NCBI GenBank assembly: GCA_013824375.1
Contig: PNNR01000051.1
Location: forward strand, 1 to 43,014
DNA: 43,014 nt
Origin: Clostridiales bacterium
GTDB lineage: Bacteria > Bacillota > Clostridia > Christensenellales > CAG-138
Direction: 5' to 3'
Part shown: positions 18,880 through 28,337 of the stretch, one piece after another
Numbering within the stretch: the first letter of the stretch is position 1
How the letters are laid out: every line of letters begins with the position of its first letter
The notes under the pieces: generated by a model
Told to the model about the DNA's origin: nothing
The model's database searches: none
What the model saw: only the letters and a program-made list of their open reading frames with translations
Position numbers and translations under genes: made by a program

Positions 18880-19380
18880 ATGTCTGAAGAGAAAAAGGCC
18901 AGCACCGAAGTTTCCAAAAACGAAGTCTCGAAGGTAGAAGCAGAGGGCGGGCGCATCATATTTGCGGACGAAGTCGTTGCAACAATTGCTTCCCTTGCGG
19001 TTTCCGATGTGGATGGCGTTTCCTCCTTAACCGGCGGAATGGTAGAGGGCATTTCTGAAATGCTTGGCAAAAAGAGCATGACAAAAGGCGTAAAAGTTGA
19101 GGTCGGCCAGGAAGAGGCCGCCATTGACGTTTCCGTCAACATCCGTTATGGATACAAAATCAAGGAAGTATGCCAAAAGATTCAAGCGGCTGTCAAGAGC
19201 GCAATTGAGAACATGACGGGTTTGCGCGTTGTGGAAATCAACGTGTTTGTCCAGAGCGTTGTGTTTGAAGCAGGCGAAGGCAGCACACGCGCGACAAAGC
19301 ATAAAGAGCAACCAAAACAAAAAGATGCGGTTACGGTCACGGCGGAAGCGGTAGAACCCGAGCCGCCGCGCGTAAAGTAA
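18880..19380 (+). CDS. Asp23/Gls24 family protein
   Basis: GRIIFADEVVATIA...KGVKVEVG...IENMTGLRVVEINVFV; ATG 18880 after GGAGG. Confidence 0.92.
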   Translation: MSEEKKASTEVSKNEVSKVEAEGGRIIFADEVVATIASLAVSDVDGVSSLTGGMVEGISEMLGKKSMTKGVKVEVGQEEAAIDVSVNIRYGYKIKEVCQKIQAAVKSAIENMTGLRVVEINVFVQSVVFEAGEGSTRATKHKEQPKQKDAVTVTAEAVEPEPPRVK

Positions 19381-19403
19381 GTTCAATCAGAATCAACACG
19401 TTG

Positions 19404-19430
19404 ACGGGCGGATTCGTTCCGCTCGTTTTC
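19404..19430 (+). terminator. stem-loop/terminator after asp23
   Basis: ACGGGCGGA-TTCG-TTCCGCTCGT then TTT. Confidence 0.55.
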
Positions 19431-19518
19431 GAAGTGTCTTCGAAGATTTTTTGTATTCCAGGTTGATCCGTCCGCCGCAAAAAAAGCGTGCTGAGAACAA
19501 GAAGGGGTTTAGGATTTT

Positions 19519-20091
19519 ATGAAACTCAAGTTTTTTGACCGGTTTTTGTTGGGAATTCTATTGATTGCTGCTATTCTCGTATCGTTTGTTTTGTTCGGCA
19601 TAGCGGCGAACATCATTCGGGAAGACATGGTTGTAGACTTTGTCTCGCTGTTCTATATGTTCCGTGAGAATGCCATGATCCTCGCGGGCAGCGGACTGTT
19701 GCTGCTACTGATCTGTATCAAGCTGCTTTTTGCTGGCAGAGGCAAAAAAACGGATACAAGACCCGCGTCTGCGTTGATGAAACAGACGGAGTTCGGCGGC
19801 ACCTACATTTCGTTGGAAGCCATCGACAGCATGGTGCAGAAGCACTGCCGCGCAGTACCCCGCGTTAAGGACGTGCACACCACGCTGCAATCGACAGAGA
19901 CCGGCATCACCCTCGGCATTCGCCTGTGCGTACTGCCGGATACGGATGTAGTCACGCTATCTGGCGAGCTGCAGAAATCTGTGAAAGAGAACGTGGAAGC
20001 ACTGACAGGCATCCATGTCAATGAAATAGGTGTACTGGTGGAAAGCGCGACTCCAGCCGCGACGGCGACCGCCGTCAGCCGTGCAGAGTGA
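19519..20091 (+). CDS. amaP: alkaline shock response membrane anchor AmaP-like
   Basis: Two N-terminal TM helices plus an Asp23-like domain; lies in the asp23-DUF2273-nusB context. Confidence 0.8.
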   Translation: MKLKFFDRFLLGILLIAAILVSFVLFGIAANIIREDMVVDFVSLFYMFRENAMILAGSGLLLLLICIKLLFAGRGKKTDTRPASALMKQTEFGGTYISLEAIDSMVQKHCRAVPRVKDVHTTLQSTETGITLGIRLCVLPDTDVVTLSGELQKSVKENVEALTGIHVNEIGVLVESATPAATATAVSRAE

Positions 20092-20101
20092 GGGAAAAAC
20101 A

Positions 20102-20323
20102 ATGAACGCATTTTTGGAGTTTGTAAAAACCCATAAGTTTACCGTGCTTCTTGTGCTCGTTGGTCTGGTGCTGTCAATTCTGTTCTTCACCATCGGCTTC
20201 TGGCGCACGATCCTGCTGTTCGTCATCCTCGCGATCTGCTTCCTGTTCGGTTATCTGCTCGACCAGAGCGGACCGGAGGGAATCAAGGATTTTTTCAATA
20301 AGCTCTTTGGCAAAAAAGCATAA
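20102..20323 (+). CDS. DUF2273 small membrane protein
   Basis: LFFTIGFWRTILLFV...FGYLLD; conserved position before nusB. Confidence 0.8.
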   Translation: MNAFLEFVKTHKFTVLLVLVGLVLSILFFTIGFWRTILLFVILAICFLFGYLLDQSGPEGIKDFFNKLFGKKA

Positions 20324-20384
20324 AGCCCTGCATCCACTGAGGAAGCAAACCAAGAAATCTACATAGACTGGAATTCGATCGACC

Positions 20385-20798
20385 ATGAGCAGAACCACCG
20401 CGCGCGAAGTCGCAATGATGATGCACTTTTCCAATCTGTTGGGCGGAGAGGATACTCCCGAACACGTCTGCGAGAAAGCCGAGTTGCTCGGCACGCTGGA
20501 TGAGGAGGATCTTCTCTACGTCAGCCAGATGCTCGAAGGCGTGCAGGTGCATACGGAAGAGATCGACGAATACGTCAGCCGCTATTCCAAGGACTGGATG
20601 ATCGATCGCATCGCGCGAGTGGATTTGAGTATTCTTCGTGTTGCGATCTATGAAATGCTATATCGAAAAGAAGACGTGCCGACCGGCGCCGCGATCAACG
20701 AAGCGGTGGAGCTCGCGAAACGCTATGGCGGAGAGCGCTCCTACGCGTTTGTCAACGGCATTCTCGGCAGCGTCGCAAAGGAGCTCGTTTCCCCGTGA
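20385..20798 (+). CDS. nusB: transcription antitermination factor NusB
   Basis: RIARVDLSILRVAIYE, AINEAVELAKRY, FVNGILG. Confidence 0.96.
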   Translation: MSRTTAREVAMMMHFSNLLGGEDTPEHVCEKAELLGTLDEEDLLYVSQMLEGVQVHTEEIDEYVSRYSKDWMIDRIARVDLSILRVAIYEMLYRKEDVPTGAAINEAVELAKRYGGERSYAFVNGILGSVAKELVSP

Positions 20799-21748
20799 AC
20801 GGGCTGTTTCTCGGCGTCGATACCAGCAACTATACGACGTCTGTATCCTGTGTTTCAAACGAAGGCATCGTTTTCGAGCGGAGAACGATGCTTTCTGTGC
20901 CGTTGGGCAATCGGGGTCTTCGGCAGAGCGACGCCGTGTTTCAACACGTTCGCAACCTGCCGCCGTTGATAGAGGCAATATTATCTTCCGTTGACCGCAA
21001 TACGATTCAAGCCGTTGCAGTCAGCGCGAAACCGACCGCCGCGGAAGAGTCCTATATGCCAGTGTTTCTCGCGGGAAAACTCGCGGCGGTTTCGATCGCA
21101 TCTTCGTTCGATATTCCAATATTCGAAACCACACATCAGGCGGGACATGTCCGCGCCGCGCTGCTAGGTCAGGAGGAACAGTTTTCCGAAGGCTTGTTTC
21201 TTGCGATGCATCTTTCCGGCGGAACAACGGATCTTCTGCTCGTGCGGCGGGAGAATGGTTTACTCGGGGATATCACGCGCATCGGCGGCTGTGACGATCT
21301 GCACGCGGGACAGTTTGTCGACCGCGTCGGCGTTCGCCTCGGGCTGCCGTTCCCAAGCGGCGTTTCGCTCGAATTGCTTGCGAATGCCGCGCAAGATCGT
21401 TCGATCAAGCTGCCCGCAAACGTCCGCGGACTCAACTGCTCGTTCTCCGGGCAGGAGTCGCAATGCCAGCGGTTGATCGACAGCGGTGCGGATCGGGAAG
21501 CCGTTGCCTATGCCGTCTATGACTGCATGGCGCGCACGTTTACAAAGCTTCTCACCAACGCGTTTGCCGAAACAGGTGTGAAGAAGGCACTGCTCTCCGG
21601 CGGCGTATCGGGCAGCCTTTTGTTGCGCACACTGTTGCGCGAGAGGTTGGAGCAGGAACTTTTTTACGCGCAAAACGGACTTTCTTCGGACAACGCCGTC
21701 GGAACCGCGCTGCTTGCACGGGACTTTTATCAAAAACAATCGCGCTGA
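20795..21748 (+). CDS. TsaD/Kae1-like (O-sialoglycoprotein endopeptidase-like) paralogue
   Basis: GVDTSNYTTS, HQAGH, HLSGGTT, AGQFVDRVG, SDNAVG. Confidence 0.8.
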   Translation: MNGLFLGVDTSNYTTSVSCVSNEGIVFERRTMLSVPLGNRGLRQSDAVFQHVRNLPPLIEAILSSVDRNTIQAVAVSAKPTAAEESYMPVFLAGKLAAVSIASSFDIPIFETTHQAGHVRAALLGQEEQFSEGLFLAMHLSGGTTDLLLVRRENGLLGDITRIGGCDDLHAGQFVDRVGVRLGLPFPSGVSLELLANAAQDRSIKLPANVRGLNCSFSGQESQCQRLIDSGADREAVAYAVYDCMARTFTKLLTNAFAETGVKKALLSGGVSGSLLLRTLLRERLEQELFYAQNGLSSDNAVGTALLARDFYQKQSR

Positions 21749-21780
21749 GCGGGGTGCGAGGATTACGGGAGGTGAACGGC

Positions 21781-23013
21781 ATGGAGCAGGCTTTAACGCC
21801 TGTGTTTCGCGTGAGCGAACTAAACGAATACGTCTCACTCGTGCTCTCCAACGACCCGAACCTATGTGGCCTCAGGGTCAGCGGCGAGATCACCGGCTTC
21901 AAACGGCACTCGTCGGGGCACCTGTATTTCTCGCTCAAGGATGAAAACGCGCTTGTGCGCTGCGTGATGTTTCGTCAGCAGGCGATACGCCTCAACTTTC
22001 AACCGCAGGACGGTATGCAGGTGCTGCTCTACGGCAAAGCTTCGCTATACGAAAAGGACGGCTCGTTCCAGCTCTATGCCAATTACCTCAAGAAGAGCGG
22101 CGAGGGCGAGCTGTATTTAAAGTTTCTCGCACTGAAAAGAGAACTGGAAGAGCACGGTTGGTTTGATGAAACGCGCAAGCGTTTGATTCCGTTTTTACCG
22201 CGTCGTGTCGGCGTCGTGACCAGCGGAACGGGCGCTGCTGTGCAGGATATCCTCAATATCATCCACCGCAGGTTTCCCCGCATGCCGGTCGTCGTCGCGA
22301 GCGTTCGCGTGCAGGGCGCAGGCGCCGCGGAAGAGATCGCCAAAGCGATTGCGGAGCTAAACCGCAAACACGCGGCGGATGTGATGATCGTCGGTCGCGG
22401 CGGCGGCAGCATGGAAGACCTCTGGGCATTCAACGAGCCGGTAGTAGTGGAGGCAATCTTCAACAGCGAAATTCCCGTCATCAGCGCGGTCGGGCACGAG
22501 ACGGACTTCACGATTGCGGACTTCGTCGCGGATCTTCGCGCTCCGACACCTTCCGCAGCGGCGGAATTATGCGTGCCGGAGATGGAAGCTTGCTATGAAG
22601 CCGTGCGGCTGCAAAGCGAAAGGATGCGCCGCGCGTTGAACGCAAAGCTGGAGCGTATGCGATCGAATATCAGACTTTTCGCCTCTGCAAAAGCGTTTCG
22701 TTTACTGGAAAACAGGCTCATGAACGAACGGCAGACACTTGACGGCATCCGAGAACGCGCATTTCGCGGCGCGCGGGAAAAAATTAGCGATACGCGGTCA
22801 GAACTTGCCCGCATACGCGCGCAGTTAACGGCGCTCGATCCTTCCGCCGTGCTGGAGCGCGGCTATGCGATTTTGACCAATTTGGGCGGTCACGCGCTCG
22901 GCGGAGTAACCGCCATGCATCCCGGCGACGCGGTCAATATCCGCATGCGCGACGGCGTTGCGGGCGCACGGATTGAAACGGTGACGGGAACGGATAACAC
23001 AAAAGGAGAATGA
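21781..23013 (+). CDS. xseA: exodeoxyribonuclease VII large subunit
   Basis: SGHLYFSLKD, GRGGGSMEDLWAFN, SAVGHETD, APTPSAAAE. Confidence 0.97.
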   Translation: MEQALTPVFRVSELNEYVSLVLSNDPNLCGLRVSGEITGFKRHSSGHLYFSLKDENALVRCVMFRQQAIRLNFQPQDGMQVLLYGKASLYEKDGSFQLYANYLKKSGEGELYLKFLALKRELEEHGWFDETRKRLIPFLPRRVGVVTSGTGAAVQDILNIIHRRFPRMPVVVASVRVQGAGAAEEIAKAIAELNRKHAADVMIVGRGGGSMEDLWAFNEPVVVEAIFNSEIPVISAVGHETDFTIADFVADLRAPTPSAAAELCVPEMEACYEAVRLQSERMRRALNAKLERMRSNIRLFASAKAFRLLENRLMNERQTLDGIRERAFRGAREKISDTRSELARIRAQLTALDPSAVLERGYAILTNLGGHALGGVTAMHPGDAVNIRMRDGVAGARIETVTGTDNTKGE

Positions 23014-23016
23014 AAG

Positions 23017-23229
23017 ATGGAGCAATCGGTACGGTTTGAAGAAGCCATGCAGAAGCTTTCGGATATTGTCAGCAAACTTGAAAGCGCGGAAGGTTCGCTC
23101 GACGAGATGATTCATCTATACGAACAGGGCATGACACTCGTACAATCCTGCGAGCGGCAGCTCGACGCGTATGAGGCGACCATCACACGGCTTAACGAGA
23201 CAGCGGAGGCGAAGAGCGATGCTGAGTGA
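23017..23229 (+). CDS. xseB: exodeoxyribonuclease VII small subunit
   Basis: FEEAMQKLSDIVSKLE...LYEQGMTL. Confidence 0.93.
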   Translation: MEQSVRFEEAMQKLSDIVSKLESAEGSLDEMIHLYEQGMTLVQSCERQLDAYEATITRLNETAEAKSDAE

Positions 23230-24060
23230 ACGGTTGACGCAGTACTCCGTCTGACGGAGGAGAAGCTCGCTGAGTTGCTCAGCGAAGGTGATCGCGCACC
23301 GATTTTGCAGGAAAGCATGGCTTACAGCGTGTTTTCCGGTGGAAAACGTATACGTCCCGCGCTTTGTATGGCGGCCTGTGAACTCTGCGGCGGCAAACCG
23401 GAAGACGCGCTGCTTGCCGCATGTGCATTGGAGATGATTCACACATATTCGCTGATTCACGACGATTTGCCCGCGATGGACAACGACGATATGCGCCGCG
23501 GCAAACCAAGCAATCATAAAGCATTCGGCGAGGCAAACGCGATTCTTGCCGGAGACGGTCTGTTGTCCCTCGCATTTTATGCTCTTTCACTCTGCCCGCA
23601 TATAGATGCGCTTACAGCCATTTCTAAAAGTTCGTTTGAGATGGTCATGGGTCAGAGCCTCGACGTCAACAGTGGTGGGGATGAGTCGCTTCTGCGCCAG
23701 TTGCAGGATTATAAAACGGGCGCGTTGTTTCGCGCGTCGGTTGCCGCGGGAGCTGCCTGTGCGGGCGCAAGCAAAGAACAGCGCGAAGCCTTGATTCGTT
23801 TTGCGGATGCATATGGCATGCTGTTTCAAATCACGGATGACATACTTGACACCGAAGGCGAAGCCACAGTGCTCGGAAAGACGGTCGGCAAAGATGCGGA
23901 AGAAGGCAAAACGACGTTTGTGACCGTTTATGGATTGGAGCGCGCAAAAGAATATTCTAAGATTTATGCTCGCGAAGCGCGGGATGCTGTGCTCGAGGTC
24001 GGCGAAAACACCGCGTTCTTCACAGAGCTGATCAGCTTTACGTTAACGCGGAAATCCTGA
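23219..24060 (+). CDS. ispA: farnesyl diphosphate synthase / geranyltranstransferase (apparent frameshift near 23248)
   Basis: GGKRIRP, LIHDDLPAMDNDDMRRG, FQITDDILD; best RBS and ATG at 23219 are out of frame with the main ORF 23275-24060. Confidence 0.9.
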
Positions 24061-24098
24061 TCTAACCATATTACATTTATAAGAAAGAATATTACACA

Positions 24099-25925
24099 AT
24101 GAATCGTTACCCTGTACTCGATAAAGTCAACTCGCTGGAAGACTTTAAAATGCTAAAGGAAAGCGAACTGCCCGTTCTCGCGGCGCAGATGCGCCAATTT
24201 ATGATTGAACACATCGCACGCTGCGGAGGGCATCTCGCCTCCAGCCTCGGCGTAGTGGAGTTGACCATCGCCATGCACCGCGCGTTCAACAGCCCGACAG
24301 ATCGCATCATCTTCGACGTCGGGCATCAAGCGTATGCACATAAAATTATTACAGGACGCAGAGAAGCATTCTGTACATTGCGGCAGACAGATGGCCTCTC
24401 CGGGTTTCCCAAGCGTGAGGAAAGCGCGCATGACCATTTCAATACGGGACATGCATCAACGGCGATTTCCGCGGCGCTCGGCATGGCACGCGCGATGAAG
24501 TTGCGCGAGGAAGATGGCGTCGCCATCGCGCTCGTCGGTGACGGCGCGCTCACGGGCGGGCTTGCGTTCGAGGGGCTAAATGACGCGGGTCAGGCTGATG
24601 TTCCAATGATTGTGATTCTCAACGACAACGAAATGTCGATTTCGCCGAACGTCGGAGCCGTGCATAGAATGCTTGTAAATATGCGCTCCAGCAGATGGTA
24701 CGTACGTTTCAAGAGAAGGTTGGTTCGCTCGCTGGATTCTGGTATATTCGGCCGTTGGCTCTCGCGCCATATGGAGAACTTGAAAAACCGCATCAAAAGC
24801 TTTTTGATGCCTGTTCGCTTGTTTGAGGACATGGGGTTTCTATATCTCGGGCCGATCGACGGACATAATATTGATGAACTTATAAGAATGTTCCGACGCG
24901 CAAAGGAATTGCATGTCCCTGTGATCGTCCACTGTATTACACAAAAAGGCAAGGGATATACCTTTTCAGAACGTAATCCGGAAAAATTCCATGGCGTCGC
25001 TCCGTTTTCCATCGATACGGGAGATGTTGAAACCACGCTGAAAAAGAGCAACAGCAGTGTTTTTGGCGATACGATAGTATCGCTTGCCCAAAAAGATCCG
25101 GCGATCGTGGCGATATCCGCAGCGATGCCGATCGGTACGGGGTTGAGCGAGTTTGCAAGCCGCTTCCCAAACCGTTTCTTTGACGTAGGCATCGCGGAAG
25201 AACACGCGCTGACTATGGCGGCCGGCATGGCGGCAGGCGGACTCAAGCCCGTTGTCGCGATCTATTCAACATTCTTGCAACGCGGCTATGATCAGATTCT
25301 GCATGACATCTGTTTACAAAAATTGCCGGTTGTCCTAGCGGTTGACCGTGCGGGCCTCGTCGGTGACGACGGCGAGACACATCAGGGCGTATATGACATC
25401 GCGTTTCTTTCGACCATGCCGAACATGACGATCTACTCGCCTGCTACACAACAGGAGCTAGTCCATATGCTCGAGCTCGCGATTTCGCGCGGTGAACCCG
25501 CAGCTGTACGCTATCCGCGCGGGAGCCTGATGCAAGCTGTTTCTGCCCAGCCGGTAGAAAAAGGCGTTTGGGAAGAGCTGCTGCCAATCAATGATCGAGT
25601 TGTCATCGCAACCGGCGCGATGGTCGCCGTCGCAATCCACGTATGCCGTAAACTCGGTGCCGGACTCATCAACGCGCGAACGGTTCAGCCGATGGATGAA
25701 GCGATGCTGGCGAGAGTCAAATATGTAGCAAAACGCGTTATCGTTATGGAAGAAGGCGTAGATTGTCTCGGTTTGCGCGTAAACGCAGCTCTCTCACCGG
25801 TTCCGGTCGTTCGGATGTGCGTGCCGAACGATCCTGTTTCGCAGGCCTGCGTGAATCATCAGAGGCAGTTCTGCGGACTCACCGCTGAAGCGCTGGAAGA
25901 GAAACTGACGGAGGAACATTCATGA
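24099..25925 (+). CDS. dxs: 1-deoxy-D-xylulose-5-phosphate synthase
   Basis: GGHLASSLGVVELT, DVGHQAYAHK, GDGALTGG, DVGIAEEHA, DRAGLVGDDGETHQG. Confidence 0.97.
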   Translation: MNRYPVLDKVNSLEDFKMLKESELPVLAAQMRQFMIEHIARCGGHLASSLGVVELTIAMHRAFNSPTDRIIFDVGHQAYAHKIITGRREAFCTLRQTDGLSGFPKREESAHDHFNTGHASTAISAALGMARAMKLREEDGVAIALVGDGALTGGLAFEGLNDAGQADVPMIVILNDNEMSISPNVGAVHRMLVNMRSSRWYVRFKRRLVRSLDSGIFGRWLSRHMENLKNRIKSFLMPVRLFEDMGFLYLGPIDGHNIDELIRMFRRAKELHVPVIVHCITQKGKGYTFSERNPEKFHGVAPFSIDTGDVETTLKKSNSSVFGDTIVSLAQKDPAIVAISAAMPIGTGLSEFASRFPNRFFDVGIAEEHALTMAAGMAAGGLKPVVAIYSTFLQRGYDQILHDICLQKLPVVLAVDRAGLVGDDGETHQGVYDIAFLSTMPNMTIYSPATQQELVHMLELAISRGEPAAVRYPRGSLMQAVSAQPVEKGVWEELLPINDRVVIATGAMVAVAIHVCRKLGAGLINARTVQPMDEAMLARVKYVAKRVIVMEEGVDCLGLRVNAALSPVPVVRMCVPNDPVSQACVNHQRQFCGLTAEALEEKLTEEHS

Positions 25926-26734
25926 AGACGCGCCTTGATGTCGCGCTGTTTGAGCGCGGGCTTGCCAAAAGCCGCGAGGAGGCGCACGCCCTCGTGCTCG
26001 CAGGACAGGTTTATCTAGGCGAGGTAAAGGCGGAAAAAGCGGGACAATTTGTCACAGAAGACGCGCAGATCAACGTGCGCGGGGATACCTGTCCGTTTGT
26101 CAGCCGCGGCGGATACAAACTGAAAAAGGCTTTGGACACGTTTCCGATCACGCTAACGGATAAAACTTGTGCGGATATCGGCGCCTCAACGGGAGGCTTT
26201 ACGGACTGCATGCTGCAGCATGGTGCGAAAAAAGTATATGCCATAGACGTGGGTTACGGACAACTCGATTGGAAATTGCGTAGCGACGAACGTGTTGTCA
26301 CGCTGGAACGTACCAACGCACGATTTATGGAACAAGCGTGGTTTGAAGGCGGTTTGGATTTCGCGTCCATTGACGTTTCCTTTATTTCACTCGATAAGAT
26401 ATTGCCGCCGCTGATTTCTTGTCTCACGGAAGGCGGGCAGGTGGTCGCTCTCATCAAACCGCAGTTTGAGGCGGGCAGGAATAAAGTTGGCAAACATGGT
26501 GTCGTCTCGGAAGAGAGCACGCATGTTGAGGTAATCGACCGTGTGCTTGATGTCGCTCATAATTCGGGATATTGTGTAAGGGGGCTGACATATTCACCCA
26601 TTCGCGGTCCGAAAGGCAATATCGAGTTTCTCTTATATCTGGAAAAATGCATACATAACAAACAATTTGCAACTGAAATCGACCATAACACAGCCATTTC
26701 TGTTGTTGATGACGCACACAATTCGTGCATATAA
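25922..26734 (+). CDS. tlyA: TlyA family rRNA 2'-O-methyltransferase
   Basis: S4 domain, FVSRGGYKL, DIGASTGGFTD, DVSFIS, KPQFEAG, GNIEF. Confidence 0.95.
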   Translation: MKTRLDVALFERGLAKSREEAHALVLAGQVYLGEVKAEKAGQFVTEDAQINVRGDTCPFVSRGGYKLKKALDTFPITLTDKTCADIGASTGGFTDCMLQHGAKKVYAIDVGYGQLDWKLRSDERVVTLERTNARFMEQAWFEGGLDFASIDVSFISLDKILPPLISCLTEGGQVVALIKPQFEAGRNKVGKHGVVSEESTHVEVIDRVLDVAHNSGYCVRGLTYSPIRGPKGNIEFLLYLEKCIHNKQFATEIDHNTAISVVDDAHNSCI

Positions 26735-26786
26735 AGCATACATATTCATAATTTCTCTTGTATTTTTATAAGTGACGCCATATAAT
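26733..26786 (+). promoter_or_regulatory. internal promoter with ARG-box-like site upstream of nadK-argR
   Basis: AAAGCATACATATTCATA (26733-26750) adjacent to TTGTAT-17-TATAAT (26758-26786). Confidence 0.55.
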
Positions 26787-26818
26787 ATGTACATATTATC
26801 TTTTTGGGAGCGAAAACG

Positions 26819-27610
26819 ATGAAAATCGGCTTTGCTGGGAATCTCGATAAGGAAGGCATCGCCGAATTTCGTGCCCGCTTGATGGAGCAGGCAACTGGCC
26901 TTGGCGAAGAAGCGATCGCGATCGACAGCGTTGAAGCGTTGCGTCTTGAGCAATATGCGCCACAGCTTCTTGTCGTGATCGGCGGGGACGGGACATTGCT
27001 TCGCTTTGCCTCGGAAGCTGCCCAAAGGAATATTCCGCTATTGGGCGTCAACCTCGGAAGAATCGGGTTTTTAAGCGAAATCGCAATGAACGAGTTCTCA
27101 AGCGCGATCGAGCGGATTCAACGGAAAGACTATCGCATCGAGGAGCGCATGACGCTTCTATGCAGCATCAACGAAGTGCCATTTGCTAGTTGCCTCAACG
27201 ATATCATGATCGCGAAGCAGTCATTTTCCGGGACAATCCACATCGACATGTTTTGCGACGGACAATCCGTAGGATCCGTTTTTTCGGACGGCATTATTGC
27301 AAGCACGCCAACCGGCAGCACGGCATATAATCTTTCCGCGGGCGGCCCTGTTGTGACGCAGTCGCTCGACAGCATCATCGTGACGGCAGTATGCTCGCAT
27401 ACGCTGCACATCCGTCCCATCGTCAGTGCGCCGGACGCAGTCTGGACGTTCCGCGTCAACGGTGAAGGATTTGTAGCGGGTGACGGCATCAAGCTCCGCA
27501 ACGTCAATCCTGATGATCGCATCATTGTGACACGTTCCAACCTACGCGTCCGATTCATACGATTTCAGGAACACAATGTATTCGAACTCATCAGACAGAA
27601 ACTTACCTGA
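26819..27610 (+). CDS. nadK: NAD kinase
   Basis: GGDGTLL, GVNLGRIGFL, ND, DGIIASTPTGSTAYNLSAGGP. Confidence 0.96.
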   Translation: MKIGFAGNLDKEGIAEFRARLMEQATGLGEEAIAIDSVEALRLEQYAPQLLVVIGGDGTLLRFASEAAQRNIPLLGVNLGRIGFLSEIAMNEFSSAIERIQRKDYRIEERMTLLCSINEVPFASCLNDIMIAKQSFSGTIHIDMFCDGQSVGSVFSDGIIASTPTGSTAYNLSAGGPVVTQSLDSIIVTAVCSHTLHIRPIVSAPDAVWTFRVNGEGFVAGDGIKLRNVNPDDRIIVTRSNLRVRFIRFQEHNVFELIRQKLT

Positions 27611-27755
27611 GCACAGTCGATCTTCGGATTCTTTGCCGAAAAGGGTTTCGGCATCCAAATAAACAACACGACTCCAAGCCCCGACGAATCGTTCCTCGAC
27701 AGTTCAGCATCTGTAAGAAGCACTCATTATTAATTTAGTATTGGGGATTTGAAAC

Positions 27756-28205
27756 ATGAAGGCAAAAAGGCATGACATGATTTCCAAACTCATCGCTTCG
27801 GAGAACATCGAAACGCAGGAGGAACTTGCCGGAAAACTGCGTGATCATGGGTTTTCCGTCACCCAGGCGACCGTCTCCCGCGACATCAAGGAGCTGCGCT
27901 TGATCAAGGTGCTTACGCCGGAAGGGCGCTATCGCTACGCGACGGTGGAAAAAGCGGAAGCAGACCTACAGGAACGCTTTATCCGCATGTTCAGCAACTG
28001 CGTGCTCTCTGTGACTAGCGCGGGCAACATGATTGTCATCAAGACCATCGCGGGCAGCGCAAACGCCGCTGCGGAAGCGGTGGACACCCTCAAGTGGCCG
28101 GACATCCTCGGCTCTATCGCGGGCGACAATACTATTTTTATTGCAGTTCGTGACGCGAAGAGCGTCGGCGACGTCATCAAGAAGTTCCAGAAAATGCTGA
28201 AATAA
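27756..28205 (+). CDS. argR: arginine repressor
   Basis: TQEEL, TQATVSRDIKEL, GSIAGDNT. Confidence 0.96.
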   Translation: MKAKRHDMISKLIASENIETQEELAGKLRDHGFSVTQATVSRDIKELRLIKVLTPEGRYRYATVEKAEADLQERFIRMFSNCVLSVTSAGNMIVIKTIAGSANAAAEAVDTLKWPDILGSIAGDNTIFIAVRDAKSVGDVIKKFQKMLK

Positions 28206-28337
28206 CTTGGCCCTTCTTGCGGATATTGCGCGCTTTCCTGTCAGCCTCCGAACGGGAGGCTCTCATGATGAGCGCGCATTGCTGTATTTCAAAACAATAA
28301 TATCGTAGATGCTCATAAAAACAGGAGGGCGTCGAAA

